From an uncultured virus (IMG/VR IMGVR_UViG_2824834302_000001) (taxonomy: Duplodnaviria > Heunggongvirae > Uroviricota > Caudoviricetes), in the IMG/VR virus record IMGVR_UViG_2824834302_000001: 64,000 bases of DNA; one strand, given 5' to 3'. The notes under the pieces are model-generated. The model searched no databases and had not been told where the DNA came from. It saw nothing but the letters and a program-made list of their open reading frames with translations. Of the stretch, positions 63,197 through 64,000 are shown in pieces (position 1 is the first letter of the stretch; every line of letters starts with the position of its first letter). Position numbers and translations under genes: made by a program.

Positions 63197-63259
63197 CGCG
63201 CGGTCCCCCACAACGGATCGCAGCATAGCATGATCGCTCTGTCGGAGCATGACGGCACC

Positions 63260-63448
63260 TCATGTGTGGATGACGCCGGCCAGCAGCAGCGTCAGGCCGG
63301 CGGTCGCGGCAGTCAGCCCGAGTAGCCGAAGCCTCAGGCACGGCAGGGTGATCTGATTTCGGTAGTATCGGTCCTCGGCCGCGGCGCCCATCGGCGTGGG
63401 CCGGCGGCGGTTTGGCATGTGCGCGGCGACGAGACTCTGAAGGTCCAT
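63260..63448 (-). CDS. Small hypothetical membrane protein
   Basis: GGAGG SD; C-terminal hydrophobic helix. Confidence 0.5.
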   Translation of the reverse strand: MDLQSLVAAHMPNRRRPTPMGAAAEDRYYRNQITLPCLRLRLLGLTAATAGLTLLLAGVIHT

Positions 63449-63631
63449 TGTGTTGCCTCCCGGTTCGGGCTTCATCTGCCGCATTCTCGCACGCATCCGA
63501 GCCAGGCCCTGTCATGCAGACGGAGGACATCGGGCTCGGCGCCCGGCTGGCGAACGAAGAATCATCTCAACCGGAACGAGTCCCGCTGTGATTCGTTGAG
63601 TCGCGTATTTCCAGCGTGAGGGGGATGCATC

Positions 63632-63871
63632 ATGAGCAGGCGACGACGGTTCAAGCCGGTGAAGATCACCATCAATGGCAAGGTGAGGACGGTCTATAAT
63701 GTTGTTCAGGCCGGCAACACTTTGCTGAATGACTGGCCCGAGCAGACGCCGGCGGCGAAGGCTGCCGAACGTCTTGTGCTTGACGTGTTCAATGATGCCG
63801 CCGGGCCCGAGCAGGTGCGGCGGGCATTCATTACCGCGGCGAAGGCGAGCGACATCAAGTTCAGCTCCTGA
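63632..63871 (+). CDS. DUF982-family protein
   Basis: F.PV.I...A...LL.DWP...RRAFITAA pattern. Confidence 0.75.
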   Translation: MSRRRRFKPVKITINGKVRTVYNVVQAGNTLLNDWPEQTPAAKAAERLVLDVFNDAAGPEQVRRAFITAAKASDIKFSS

Positions 63872-64000
63872 TCGGCGGTGTCGGCAAGAGCCCTGGCTAA
63901 TTTCCATGACACATGCTCCTGGTATCGCAGATCCCGGGTTTTGAACTGTGTCTCCATCCAGCCGGCCGAGATGATCGCCGCGAGGAAACCGAAGGCGAGG

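Noticed and set aside
1..64000. CRISPR array, IS elements, rRNA
   Set aside because: No repeat-spacer periodicity, transposase or rRNA-like sequence seen
63706..64000. Minus-strand ORF entering from the right edge
   Set aside because: Truncated by the window and overlapping DUF982 antisense; product cannot be assigned

Overview
The window is Rhizobiaceae-like chromosome, dominated by an apparently complete ~57.9-kb temperate siphovirus-type prophage integrated in tRNA-Pro(CGG). A 48-bp att core is duplicated at 701-748 and 58604-58651. Gene order: tyrosine integrase and excisionase; a long leftward early operon (Lar-like, DUF1643, ASCH, DUF4326, Gp37/Gp68, MazG-like and many hypotheticals); a cI/cro switch with visible operators and promoters; then a rightward early operon (CII-like, ParB-like, two receiver-less OmpR-type winged-helix proteins, amino and C5 methyltransferases, a Mom-like protein, an inserted HicAB, the replication initiator with internal iterons, and a NusG paralog). 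HK97-type packaging and head genes, lambda-like tail genes, an acyltransferase-3 moron, the lysis cassette and a post-lysis module follow. Host flanks carry a lipoprotein, a FolC-like gene, a frameshifted secreted lyase-like gene, a vsr remnant, a LuxR-type regulator and DUF982. Most notable candidates: (1) a phage coiled-coil plus CtrA-like DNA-binding protein with a tandem paralog, possibly a cell-cycle regulator mimic; (2) a glycosyltransferase inside the head module, possibly for virion glycosylation; (3) a CCUCCUCCC 'cuckoo'-type RNA at the start of the pL transcript; (4) a LexA-box-controlled Zn-finger gene converging on cI; (5) a NusG paralog with a structured late leader; (6) a putative head-spike module carrying a degenerate FAD-oxidoreductase-family domain. 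All product calls come from motifs recognised by eye; no database searches were run.
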